Shown: positions 12,294 to 25,600 of the stretch, piece by piece | Numbering within the stretch: position 1 is the first letter of the stretch | Layout: each line of letters begins with the position of its first letter | DNA from: the human T2T-CHM13v2.0 reference genome, Homo sapiens | DNA: 64,000 bases | Strand: one strand, 5' to 3' | Assembly (NCBI RefSeq): GCF_009914755.1 | Contig: NC_060928.1 | Notes under the pieces: model-generated | Databases searched by the model: none | What the model was told of the DNA's origin: nothing | The model's input: the letters and a program-made list of their open reading frames with translations, nothing else | Translations under genes and position numbers: made by a program

Positions 12294-13882
12294 TATCACG
12301 GGATTTTGTGGTGTCACTTTGTCAGGTGGAAACCTCTGTGGCCAGTGGTGCCTTTGCCTGAGTTTTGCTGGGACCCACTGGGCCCGTTCCATCCACTTGG
12401 ACTGGCAGGCTGTGCTCAGCTCGTGCTACTGGCCTGGATGCCACGCGGCCAAGGGAGAGCCAGGCATGGCGTGGCAAGGGGTGTATGAGTGAGTGTGGGG
12501 TCTGGCCACTGTGCACAGCCAGGCACACTGGCTGTGGCATGGCAGGCAGGTCCAGGTGCTGGCATAGGCACTGGCTTCCTGCAAGGCTGTGGTTGGACCA
12601 GGTGCGTTGCAAGCAGCTTCCATGGCTGGCACCAGGGAACATGGTTGTGCCCGGAAACTTGGAGATGCCAGGAACTGCAGAGCCCCAAAGAGAGTGTCAC
12701 AGCCCTGGCTCAGAAAGTTCCTAGGTCTGGGCTCCCCAAAGGGCTGCAGCTCCTCTCTCCTTCTGTCTTCTTTCCTTGCCACCCGCAATGTGGCAAGCAA
12801 GGGGTTGTTTCAGCCCTGTTTGTTATAGCTGTTTTAGCTCTGACATTTGGCAGGTCCCAAATTCTTGTCCTGCATCCAAGAAGAATAAGGTACATGGACA
12901 AGTGAAGGGTGAGCAAGGTGAAGAGATTTATTGAGCTATAGAACACCTAAAGAGACCCACAGTGGGTAGTTCCTCTCCACTGGCAGGGTGTCCCAAGGAG
13001 TGTCCAACACTCAGCTGAGAGGAGACCCTAGGGTGGATAGCTTTTCCCCTCAGGTGGGGTGTCCCTATGAGCATTCAGCCCTCAGCAGAGAGAAGACCCT
13101 GGGGTGGGTAGCTCCTCTCTACAGCTGGCCATCCATCATCTGCTCAAGTCTGGCTGAGTCCAGGGTTTTTATGGTCCTCAGAGGGAAGAAGTGCACGTCC
13201 ATTGGTCCATGGGCGGCCATGGGTGGGCCCAGAAAAAGCACCACAAGTTCCCACTCAGGTCCACGGGACCTGCAGCCCATCTCCCATGCTTCAGGCCCTC
13301 CTGGGCTTGAAGGCAGGGCTTCACCAGGGACCTGCCCCCTTCTACCCAGGAACCTGTCTGACTCCTGTCACTCTTCATGGTGCCCAGGCTATTCGTGCCA
13401 CGGAGCGCCTGCCCGCCAGCACTGAGCTGCCCTCAGCCCCCCTTCAGACTCCCTCCCTTGCTTGTTGGTGTCCGAAGTCCACAGGGAGTCAAGGCAGCAG
13501 GGGGCTGGAGTGTCAGTGCTGCCTCGAGTGTGCACACACCCAGCCGGGGTCCAACAGCACCTGGGCTTGACCCCAACATCGCTCCAAGATCAGAGTGTGT
13601 ACAGGGAGCCGGGAGAGGCCAGGCAGTGGGAGTAGACATTTCCGAGCCTACAGCTGCACCTGGGAGAGCAGGGCTCCTGCCTGCTTCCGGCCCCCAAGAG
13701 CACAGGGAGGCCTGGGTCTGCAGCACCAACTTAGGCAACTGCAACTGTGCCCGGGAACGTGGGGCTCCTGCCTGCTCCTGGCCCCCATAGGCTCCGTGAA
13801 GTGACAGCCCCAGCAGCACCTCCTCCACACTGCAGCCGGCATCATGGTAGTGGCCATCCCAGACAGGCCGCCACTGCCATCA
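12294..13882 (-). mobile_element. MER52-family ERV1 solo LTR (about 1.6 kb, GC-rich)
   Basis: Minus strand begins TGATGGCAGTGGCGGCCTGTCTGG (MER52 5' end). The abrupt GC-rich block explains the cluster of overlapping spurious ORFs. Confidence 0.88.
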
Positions 13883-14784
13883 ATACCTGATTTGATTCTA
13901 TAAAGTACCTATTTTGCCTGTTCTATATCTTATAAAAGCTATACATGGTATGATGCTATACATGTTTGTTTTATATACTATATATTTCACATACAAAAAT
14001 TTAACCTCCCATCTCAATTAGAAAAAAAAGAACTACATACCTGAGGGCACTTGCGTATCTTTTTATAAACCCTCTACAACTACCAATGAGACTTAAATAG
14101 AGGATATACTCAGTATAGTTTTGCTTTAAAAAAAAAATTCCTATAAAAAATACCCATTAGGATGGCCTTACAAACAACAATTTAAGAAGCAGGTAGTAAA
14201 TAAGAATTAGACATAGGAGCAATTGCTAAATTTGAATCCCAGTGCCTAGAAATAAAAGGAATAAGAACCGTTTTAGAAGAGACATGGAGTGAAATTTTGC
14301 CATACTTATTACATATGTGCATGCCCTTTCGTCATTTATTGTCAGATTTAGTCATGAGCACCACAATCTAGATTTTAAAACCAGTTAGATTAAATTATGT
14401 CCTCTTACAATGATAAGTATAATCAAAATGTATTTAAATATATGTATCATCTATGTAATATATATTAAGTAGGCATTCAAATATTATTTCTATTTTTCTT
14501 CCTACCTTTTCTACAGCTACCTCCTCACACTATCATTGCTAGTACTTCTTATTTACATTCAAAATACAAGTCAATTAAGTCAGGGAATGTGACTTAAATT
14601 CAAATGGGTAAATTTGTTTTTTAACTCCTTTTTCATTTTAATAGAATGATGATGGTGATACCAGTATCTTCTTATGATTTGCTCATGTATTTCTCTCATA
14701 TACAAATTCGTATTGTGTTATTTTACCCTAAGATGATACTGCTCTTCCAAATGAATGTGTGATATCTCTAGAAACAGCTGAAGT

Positions 14785-14930
14785 CTAGTGGAAGCAGCAC
14801 TAGACTAGATGTTATAATACCTGTGTTCTAATTTCAGTTCTACCACATATTCTATATGTGATTTGGGTTTCTTCATCTGTAAAACTGGAATATTACTGCC
14901 TACGTCACAAAGCTGTTATAAATATTAGTG
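14785..14930 (+). mobile_element. MIR SINE
   Basis: tgtgatttgggtttcttcatctgtaaaactgg...cacaaagctgttat core. Confidence 0.7.
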
Positions 14931-16534
14931 AATATATAGACATTAAATAAAAATAAAAAATTTAATACAAATGCAATGGTATACTTTTATCATCACCACA
15001 ATACATCCAGAAGTCAGTTTTCATCTTTTTTCCTGATTTCCAGCACATCTAACCCAAAAATAATAATAATGAAAAATCAAGCAAAACTACAGGTAAATTG
15101 TTATATCAAAAACTTCTGACAGGACAGAGATAAACTTTGTTTCAAATATTTTAGTTTCCCTTTTAATCACAGGAAAATTATTAAAAAATAATAAGCTCTA
15201 GAATTGTTATTTAATGTAGTTCATCTTTTTTCAACAACTTTCTCTTCTGTAGCATAGCATTTTAACACTCAAAGACAATTACCAGAACTTTGCTGTGAGT
15301 ATGACTGATGAGGTAAATAAAGTGGCTTTCATCATCTGTTTGATGTTTTAATAAGGTATTAAGCTACTGGCCAACTGAAATGAATGCCCAATTTCCAACT
15401 CTTTACAGTATTTTGAAACAGATGGTAACATTTTACTTTGTTGTTCCTTAATATTTGTCTTTTGAATCAACTGCAAGCTTCTTCTGGTGTAAATATTTTC
15501 TTTCATGCCTTAGCTGTTTGATCACTTTATTTTTCCTGGCTAATGTTTCACATTTTGCTCTTTGATATTTTCTGGTAAGACCCTTTGGGTCTAAGACTTC
15601 AAAGCAAGCCAGACCAAAGGGTAACACAAGACCAATTCTATCCAAGCATTTTAAATTCAAGTGTAGCTCTTACTTGATATGCTTTAAGAAAAATCACCTC
15701 CTTTCTTCGATTCATCACTGAAACCTAAAGTACCTTTAAATAAAAATCAAAAACTTAAAGTAATTTTTAGGTTTTTGGATTTCTTTCTTACACAAATTGA
15801 TTTAGACAAAAGAAGCAGCAGCAATCACTTGTACTACAGCTACTTAAAAGTCACCTCGAAAGGCATTTATCATACATGACAAAGGAGCTAGAGCCTCACT
15901 AAAAACTTATATTCAACTATAAGTTGAATAAAAAACCCCTTTCATATTCGAAAGGGCTTTTTTGAACAAATAAGAAATTGTAGACTGTCTTTGCAAAATA
16001 CCATTTTCATGCTTATGAAACAAGAATTGGTTTTTGCCTGTAAGTTTTCAATACACAAAACTGTAAGACTACGAATTTATGTACCTTAATAAGCAGTCCA
16101 TCAAAACAGAAAATTCTCCCACTAAACAATGAGCTTCTTGAGGACAGAAAGCTATCTTATTTATTTTTGTAAAACCAACAGGCATAAGAGAAATTGCTCA
16201 ATAAATGTTTCCTCACTGAATAAAGTTTAAGATTATTATCTATGTCTTAATAATAAGACACAGTCATAAACTTAAAAAATTTAGTTAAGAAACCTGTAAT
16301 TTGAGTTATAAAGAAAAAAGGGCAAGTTATATATGAGGCTGGCTTTAAAAAAAAAATCAAATTAAGTTTTTGAGTAACATTCTGTTTGAAAAACACACTC
16401 CATGACTCCATATCACAATTCTCAGTAACGGTGTGATAGAACTGATTTTAGGAAGCCCAAAGAGGAAAACACAAATGGATACTATCAAAAACAGTCACAT
16501 TACAATTGAAAAAATATGATTAATGTCTCTAGGT

Positions 16535-16830
16535 TAGATAATAATACTGCATCAAGTTTAGTTTCCTTGTTTTGACAACTGTTCTGAGGTCATGTAAAAA
16601 AACAAAGTCCTTCTTTTAGAAAATACAAACTGAAGTACTTACAGGTTAAAGTGCTATTATGTAATTAATTACTCTTAAGTGATTATAAAAAACAATCATT
16701 ATACACATACACACATATATGCTCGGAGAAAAAACAGAGAAAAAGCAAATGTAGTGAAATGTTAACATTTGGAGAAACTGATGAAGGGTAGAGAGGAATT
16801 CTTTATACTATTTTTGTAACTATTTTATCT
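16535..16830 (+). mobile_element. Old L1M 3' UTR fragment
   Basis: aaagcaaatgtagtgaaatgttaaca...ggaattctttatactatttttgtaact. Confidence 0.6.
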
Positions 16831-17520
16831 AAAACAATCTCAACTTAATCTTCAGAAAAGAAAATAATAATGAAAATGTCTAAAAGCAACCACACAAATA
16901 TAACACAGAAATCCGTATCAAAAACATCTACTTGAATATGCATGAAACAACCTTCCATTTCTTTTGTGGAGGGCAACATACATCTGCAATTCCATAACAG
17001 AAGTGATTAAATAAACCTTTCTGAACTTAAACATAGACTTTCAGGTATGGAATTTATCTCTATCTCTAATATCCACAATGACTCAACTTGAATCTTAATA
17101 TATATCTTAGAGAAAAGGGAATTAAACATAAAACATTAAATTGAAAATAATGTGAGAGTGATGTTTTTCAGTCTCTTGATGCACACACATTATCATTAGT
17201 TGAGAATCTAGTCATCCTTCTTGCCTTAAGTTGATTTGATTCTGAATGAAATACAGATAATTAGGAAATATTATAATGTAAAGAATGTCAATACTGTTAG
17301 CTTCTCTGCCAATTCAATGAATGATGAACATCAACGAGGATGCTGGGAAAAACTCATTGTCTACTCATTTTAAAAGTATATGGAAAATTGAGATGCATTA
17401 ATTTTAAAAAAGCTGTTTGCATATCAAAAAGGAATATCAAATATAATTAACAAAATATACATGTTATCAAAGATTACAAAGTTAAAAAGAAACTCAAAAT
17501 AGAGGAAAACATATCCTTAC

Positions 17521-17594
17521 CCTATTGGGAAATCAACATCATCACCATGAGCTGTCATGTGATAAAGTCCAAATTTAGCCAATTTAATATGTCC
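17521..17594 (-). CDS. TBCK: TBCK coding exon (exon 5), 74 nt: GHIKLAKFGLYHMTAHGDDVDFPI(G)
   Basis: Acceptor tcatAG|GGA, donor ATA GG|GTAAGG. KLAKFG sits at the DFG position. Confidence 0.97.
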
Positions 17595-18297
17595 CTATGA
17601 TAATAAAGAAAAAAAACACTATCAAATAATTTATTATAATTGGCAACATATAATTTATATTATAAAATTATCATTATACATTTTATAACTAAAGAAACCA
17701 TTATATAACAATATTTTATCAAAATGCCACTGTAGATTTTAAAAAATCATAATTTTATAAAAAACTATCTGCCAATAGTCTGCTTTATACTCATTAAATA
17801 TGTATATATGCATATGTACACATATATATCTCAAAATGACAAATGACATTTTTCTTTAATATTTTTGCTGTTACATTGTCTAGTTATTTCACAAAACAAA
17901 AAGGCAAAAACATTCTCATCTGTCTTGAAACCTTGGTTAGAATGTTTTGTGGTAATTTTCACAGAGCAAATTTTTTTCCATGGAGTTGAAAGTCCATTTA
18001 TAGTTATAATTTAACTGTGAAATAGGAAAACTTAACTTGAAAAGATCAGTTCAAAAATCATCAAGATTTTGGTGAATCTGCTAGATTTTCAATAACTTTT
18101 TATATTGTTTGAGAACAAAAATAACTATCATAAGTATAAGGCTCTTAATAAATGATAAATATAATTTTACATATTTTAAGTTTTTCCCTTTTAATCTATA
18201 AGGCTTTAAAATATTAAGTTGATCTTAAAATTGGTTTGTCTTCTCAAGAACATTATTTCCAAGCATTATAAAATATTTATATTTAAAAACAGCTTAA

Positions 18298-18591
<294 letters not shown>

Positions 18592-19181
18592 TGAAAAGGA
18601 ATCAAATTACAATTATTCCTGAAAATATATAACCTTACTATCCATAATTCTCTTTGAAGGGTTTACAAGCTTCTTCTTAATGCCCCATAAGATTTCCAGT
18701 AGAGAAACAGCACTTCAATAGTAAAAGGAGGTAGGCATGAACAGCTGGTAAATAAGGAGATAAATAGAAGAGGAAAGAAGGCAGAAGAAAAATAGAGAAA
18801 ACACAATGCAGTTGGTTTATATGAATAACATTCTAGCAAAAAGAGCCATTTTCTTAAAAATGAAAATAAATTAAGAGGAGGAGTATACTGGGACGCCACA
18901 AGGCTTTAGAAATAAGAGTAAAATAAAAAAACCATAAAGTTAGAAAATGGGTCTTGTGGGAAAAATAATCCATGTGAAAGATATACAGATTAAATAATTT
19001 AAGGATTATTTAATCCTTAAATTCAAAAACCACAGTTACATCACTTTCATATAGACTTTTCATTATGAATATTCTTAAAACATATTCTGATTCTATTGTT
19101 CCTCTGACTGAGTAGCCCTGATCCCAGTTGCTTCCAATTTCAAATGATATATAAATATTTATTACATGATTTAACAATTAC

Positions 19182-19296
19182 CTTTCGGTCCAACAGGATA
19201 TTATGAGGAGACAATGCCCTGTGTACTATACCATGTTTGTTCATATACTGCAAGCCCTGAAGAACCTCAAATGCTATACACAAAACCGTTGAACAG
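19182..19296 (-). CDS. TBCK: TBCK coding exon (exon 4), 115 nt: [38 protein letters not shown]
   Basis: Acceptor tttgtAG|C TGT, donor CGA AAG|GTAATT. Contains a kinase subdomain VI-like motif ([15 protein letters not shown]). Confidence 0.97.
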
Positions 19297-20901
19297 CTAC
19301 AAAGAAAACAAAAAGTCAAAGATCAATTACAAAGCAAATAAATAACTTGTTTTAACAAGTGAAATGTGACCTAGTGAAAATATTCAAAAAGTTATATTTT
19401 TATTGCTCCTCTTTTATTCTGAGAAAATAGAATCTATATATTTTCTAAAATATCTACCTCTACATATTTTAGGTTTTCTGATTATAACAGAATTAATCTG
19501 ACAAAGATCCTACAGTTTCCTAAAGGCTACTGTAATAGCAGTATTTGGTTCTTCCACGAAAGGGCTTTAATTTTGGTGGTGAGTGCAACTAACCTATAGC
19601 AGGTTTGGCTTCGCCAAATTATCAGGTTAAGTTTCAAGTATATGGCAGAACTAAGTCACTAAAAACTATTTTGCTCAATACAAAATACCTAAGCCCCCGA
19701 AAAAAGTAGTAACAATATATTTTATGGTATACAAACACTAGCTTATTTTCCATATTCAACCTATAAAGCAATCTCTGGTCATTTATGATTTAGCAAACTT
19801 TTCTCTTTAATTCTTATCCTATCCTCTACAAGCCATCCTTCACACAGATATCCTCCAGTTTCCTTCTCCTTTTCCCTCCTTGTCTCTCTCACCAACCATC
19901 TCCCTAATTTTTTTTCCAATTTGCAAGTCTACTCATGCAAATTATCAGGAAACAGGTACTGTATTTGGGTAAATACTGCTACTTAGCAGTAGTAAGTAGG
20001 ATTTGGAACATGTTTTAATTTTTATTATTACACTTTATAAAGTATGGATTGTTCATTTGCAGACATTGGTGCCTGCATTAAAATATTTTCTTGTCAACAT
20101 TCCTTTTCTTTTTGAAAAGTTCAAATCTCAGAGCATAAGACAAATGTAATACTCACATACAATTAACCTAGCTTTATTAATTATCCTCTAATGTTTTAAT
20201 CAAAAATTGTTCACATAGGAAATTTCCCCATACCTACAATATTAACATTTTCCTTTCTATCCATTTTTTTTAAATTTTTCTAAAATTAAATTAGTGTTTG
20301 CAGATAGCCACTAAACATAATTTTTAAAACCAATAGTAGAGATAATATGGAATAATAAAAAATATTCAATCCACAAACAGGCAGAATAAAAGGAAAAAAG
20401 AACAGAACAAATAGAAAATGACTAATAGATTAAGTACAAATGGTCTCAATTCACCAATTAAAACATAAGGATTGTCAGATTTGATAAGAATTTAAACTCA
20501 GCTATACTCAGTCTATGAGAAACGCACTAAATAAAAGACATAGGTTAAAAGTTAAAAAATGGACTAACAGATTGCCATGGGCTTGGGTGGGGGGTAGGTG
20601 GACTACAAAAGAGTATGAGAAAGTTTTGTGGCATGAGGGAACTGTTCTATCCTTGATTTTGATGATGGTTACATAATTTTGTTTATCAAACTCATTAAAC
20701 TTTACATAAAACAGGGTAAATGTTAAGGTATGTAAATTATACCTTAATAATCCTGACTTTAAAAAATACTAGATTGAATAAAATTTTTACAAAAATAATT
20801 GTTGCAACCTGATTCTCTCTCCGAAATTAAAACCAAAAGAAATAACCAGAGATAAAAGCTAAAATTTGCCTCTATGATCCTAGTTTGACTTTCCAGAGGG
20901 A

Positions 20902-21236
20902 ATCAGCAGGTTTTGTTTTCAATTCTTCTGGTGGTTAGATTTTTACTTACTTACTAACTCTTCACTATGCAAGAGGATATAATTGACGTATTTTCACAAC
21001 TTTCCTATTTTTCTTCCTCAAGTCCTTTTTATTACATTGTTTTACATTAACAAATTTTATTTTACATTATCAAATAATCATCAGCAGGTAGTTTTCAATT
21101 CTGGTGGTAGACTTTTACTTAATATAACTAACTCTTCATTCTGCAAGAGGATACAGTTGTCATATTTTCACAACTTCCCCAATTTTCTTCCCAAACTTCT
21201 TATCTGTATTCATTATATTGTTTTTACATTATCAAA
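20902..21236. repeat. Diverged tandem duplication, period about 178 bp
   Basis: atcagcaggt...ttttcaattct...actaactcttca...gcaagaggata...attttcacaactt...ttacattatcaaa, starting at 20902 and again at 21080. Confidence 0.9.
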
Positions 21237-21254
21237 CAGTAAGTGGGATAAAGG

Positions 21255-21645
21255 AAACCTACACTCCTTTCTGGAAGGTGAAACAAATAAGTAAATAGAT
21301 AATGTGACATGTAGTGATTAAATGAAGAAAAAAAATGAAGTAGGGAAGACAGATAATGTGGTCAGGGAAGTCCTCACTGAGGTGACACTTATGTAGAAAT
21401 CTAAAAGAAGTAAAAAAGACAGGTAGGTCTCTGGAAAATGTATGATTCGGGCAGAGGCCACAGCAAGCAAGTCCTGAACTGGTATAAAGTCAGCAGGTAT
21501 TCAGTGCGTGCAGTAGAATGAGCAAAGATTAAAGTGACAGGAGATAAGCTCAGAGAGATAGCTATGAGTCAGAAGACGTAAGGCCCTTTAGGCCACTTTA
21601 AGACCTTTGGGCTTTTACTCTGAGAAAGATGGGAAGTGATTGGCA
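21255..21645 (-). mobile_element. L2 fragment
   Basis: gtggtcagggaagtcctcactgaggtgaca and ggcttttactctgagaaagatgggaag are antisense L2 motifs. Confidence 0.7.
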
Positions 21646-22308
21646 CATTGCCATATGATAATAATGATTAACACATATTTACTGTAGAACTAAGCACAGA
21701 AAGAAATAGAAACCTAGGCCACTTAAACCCTAGCTGTCAAGAGAAAATGTCTCAGTCATCAAGATTTAACGGATACCATAATTTTATAACTCTATTTATG
21801 AAGATTATCATCAGCTACTATAATTTTTATATCTCATACTATTTTTAAATTTCTTTTTTGTTTAGCTATAAGACATCTTGAGAAATTGTTTCATACAGAG
21901 AGCATGAGTAGAATATTTTCATGCACGGCGCATCTGAAAATATCTTATTCTTGCCTTTAAACTTGGAAAGAATTACTCCATTGTCTTATAGCATTCTTTA
22001 TTAATGGCGAGAAGGCTAGTATCAGTCTGTTTCCAACTTTGTTGCAGACATCCTGTCACTCTTCCCTGGGAAGTTTTGAGGATTATTTTTACTTTATCCC
22101 TAGAGTTATAATATATCAGCCCAATATGTCTAATGTGGGCATATTTGTGCCAGTCATCATTAAGCATGTACTTTCAATCTGAAGACTCACATGTTCCATT
22201 AACACAGAAATATTCACAAGGAAAATTTGATTTGCTACATCTTTCACTGTTTTCTCTCTCTTTTTCTCTAAGTTGGAACTCTTAGTAGACAGATGATAAC
22301 TGGAACTA

Positions 22309-22519
22309 TTTTTTTAATTTAATTTTTTTGAGGATATAGCAGGTATATATATCTATGAGGTACATGAGTTTTGATACAGGCACAAAATGAGTAATAATCA
22401 CACCATGTAAAATGGGGTGTCCCCCCGAAGTATTTATCCTTTGTGTTATAAAGAATTCAATTGTACTTTCAGTTATTTTAAGATGTACAATTATTATTGA
22501 CTACAGTCATCCCGTTGTA
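22309..22519 (-). mobile_element. L1MA 3' end fragment
   Basis: ggtacatgagttttgatacaggc...gatgtacaattattattgactacagtca; the same motif recurs at about 36400-36600. Confidence 0.8.
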
Positions 22520-22579
22520 TTAACTTTCTGTTTTAAGAGCATAATCTTTAGTCCTATCTATTATATAACTTAATTCCAG

Positions 22580-22653
22580 GAGAGAGAGAGATCCAGAGAT
22601 CCAAAGAGAGAGAGAGAGAGCAAGAGGGAAAGAGACAGAGAGAGAGTGAGAGA
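22580..22653. repeat. Imperfect (GA)n microsatellite
   Basis: gagagagagag runs read directly. Confidence 0.9.
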
Positions 22654-25600
22654 AATCCAAACCATTAATTTCCAGCATTTCTATTATGTCCTCTAGTTGT
22701 TCCTTGTCGATAGATACTGTTCTTTGGTTATGGATACATCATTCCTTTGAGTATCTCTGAGAATAGTTAGAAGTCTTTTAATTCTGGGAAAAGAGTATTA
22801 TCTTCATTTCCTCTATGGTGAGTACTCCCTCTCCACCCCATCTCCAGGCTCTGTTTTTCTCGAACTATTTTTTTACCTCAAATATTACCTCTGGTAATCC
22901 GATCCCTGGTTGTCATATTTTGAAGTAAAGGAATAAGCTGATATTCCCCATAATGTGTGTAAAAAAGAAGCAATGAGGGTTACTATTTATAAAGAATGCT
23001 ATTTAAATTGACTGTAAAATATTCCTTTTTATCAAATAATTTCTCCCATATTAAAGTGCCATATCACTGAGTCTTAAACAAATAGGGAATGTGTGAAACA
23101 AGCATAATTTGGGATAAACAGAGTTTTCATAAACATCTTCAAAAAATAAACTAACTGTATAAATGGCAATATTCCAAACTTAAAAAAAATTATTTGTAAC
23201 TTATCAATAGTTATAGAGGCAAAGATTTTATGTAAAAGCACAATTACATTGATAAATATGTGCACATGAAAGAAAACAAAGTCTTCCCCTTAAAAAAAAA
23301 GAGAAACATTCCCTGAGATTAGCAAAATGTAAACCTAGTTTTATGAACTCATTTGGCTCTACAAGTCAATTTTAGAGTAGCTTCTCTTGTTCTTGTCTGT
23401 TTCTCACACAACTCACAAAAAACTGATGCCATATTCAGCTATGACACTAGAGGACCTCAGCTGCATACTACTTCAATATAGATGTCTTTCTCATGAAATT
23501 AAAGCCAAACCTTTAAAGTGATTTTCCCATTGAACAAGTTCTGAAACTACTGAACACATAGACTGCATTTTCTACTCTCTATACTGTGCTTTTGCTAATT
23601 GTGAGCTATTAGACATTAGACTTGCATGTCAAAAAGCACATTCATGTTAAAAATGAGCTGATGAACATGCATACCAAAATAATTTTTAAAAATTCAAACA
23701 TAAATGACATACCGTTTCTTAGCTATTACTTGAGAGTACATGTCAATTACAATCTGATTTGCTTTTCTGTCCTTTCATATTCTCAGAATTTGATTTTTTA
23801 ATTTGTTTTAAAATGTAAGGTATAAAGAGGAACAAAAAATGCTATTTTATACCATGAGAAGAACAAATCAGTATTTGCAGAATTTTATGTACTTACTAGC
23901 TTTTTAAGTTATATTCTTTAATACTACCAATAACTTGGGTCATGAAATTTTTTAAGTAGCTAATGCAACAGCAAAGTAAAACTATCATATGTCTAGTAGT
24001 AGTTAACATGTTACAGTTTAATTGAACATGGACACTAAAAGAAGATTTAGGATTAAGAGAATTAGATTCACACAGTTATATAAAAAAGATACTGACAGGG
24101 GACAATGGGACTTTATCCTACACAATTCCCAAGTGAGAATCTTGTTAAATAGACAAACCCGTCAGTAACCAAGAAAATGTAAAATTATACTTTAAATCAA
24201 AAAATATTCTACTCCTTTTGACATTTTTCAGTAATTATTGTTACTTCAGGGCCTGGGTGGCTAGCGTTTACTTTGTCATCATTGTCCTGAACAACTGAAC
24301 ATAAGAATCCCTAGTGATTATAAATACAGATAAGACCAAAAGGTAGCTTTCAAAATAATATAATTGATAACTCCCAATAAAGCAAGATTACATTTGAGGA
24401 CATTTTTACTTATATTAAAACATATCAATTGAGTGGCTATTTGTTTGTTACTGAATTTTTGGGCCCACAATTACCAAGAAGAAGAATTGATCTGCACTAC
24501 AAACAAGCCTATAGTATACTTAGAAGGACAGATTTACAAACTGATAATTATAATATAAGCAATTAACTAAGCAGATAAGAATTATTCATCATTTTCCTTT
24601 GTCTTCAAAGAAAAATAAAACATAAAAATTTACTTATAACATTGGTGAGACCAAAAGAGACCTACAAAAGTCATAAATCTTGGGAAAGTAAGCTTAAAAT
24701 CTAAAAGAGAAAAACACTATCACCACCACCACCATCACCAAAAAAGATGTTGATAGTTTCTAGGTATGAGTCAACTTGGTTGTATTTGGATTTTCAACAT
24801 GGCTCAATAAATTTTCAAATCTATTAGGTTGGTATAATCCCAAGTATATTTTTTTATCCCTTTCCAGATATATTTCAAAGGCAATTTACTGTCTTCATGA
24901 TTAAATCGTCCATAAATCATCTCTAGTTGTTGGTTAAAACATACTGAGGCCAAGATCATGGATTTAATTCTTAAGCAGAATGGAAGACTTCGTATGTTCA
25001 CAGCCACAGGTTTTCATCTAACCCCAGCCAATACTCCCAAATACAGATAGTCTGTCACAATGAGACACTGCACAACCTATATTTACTTAAAACATCCAAA
25101 TTTTTAACTACTACCTCCTATACTTCTCTGTTCCTCATTCCTGAGGACCCACTCTTTAAGCTCATCAAGACCTTGGGGTCCCTGTTCTCTAAGCCTCCTC
25201 TGTTACCCCAGCCAAGTGGCCCCTTTTTGACATCATTCTTTATTCTGACAGATATGGTTTGCCATTTCAATAATTTTTTGCAAAGATCCTTAATGGGTTC
25301 TCATTCAATGGCTCTCCCTTGTGGTAGAATTGAACTCCCTTTCTTGATTTCCGACAGTACACAGTTGAGGGTTTCTAGATTTTATGGTAATTATTTCTAT
25401 ATAAGCTTGTCTTTCCCACTGTATCTTGAGTATGGACTAGCTTATTCAACTATGACTCCGTATATCTATCAGTGTCTGTAATGTGCATGTTCAATAAGCA
25501 TGTATTAAAAATAGGTGTTAAAATACATATATAAAATAATATCACACAATGGTACAAGGGGGAAAGATAATTAAATTCTCTACCACTAATAGAATAACAC

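Noticed and set aside
12220-13857. Dense cluster of overlapping ORFs (up to 145 aa) on both strands
   Set aside because: They coincide with the GC-rich MER52 LTR, where stop codons are scarce, and show no recognisable protein motif.
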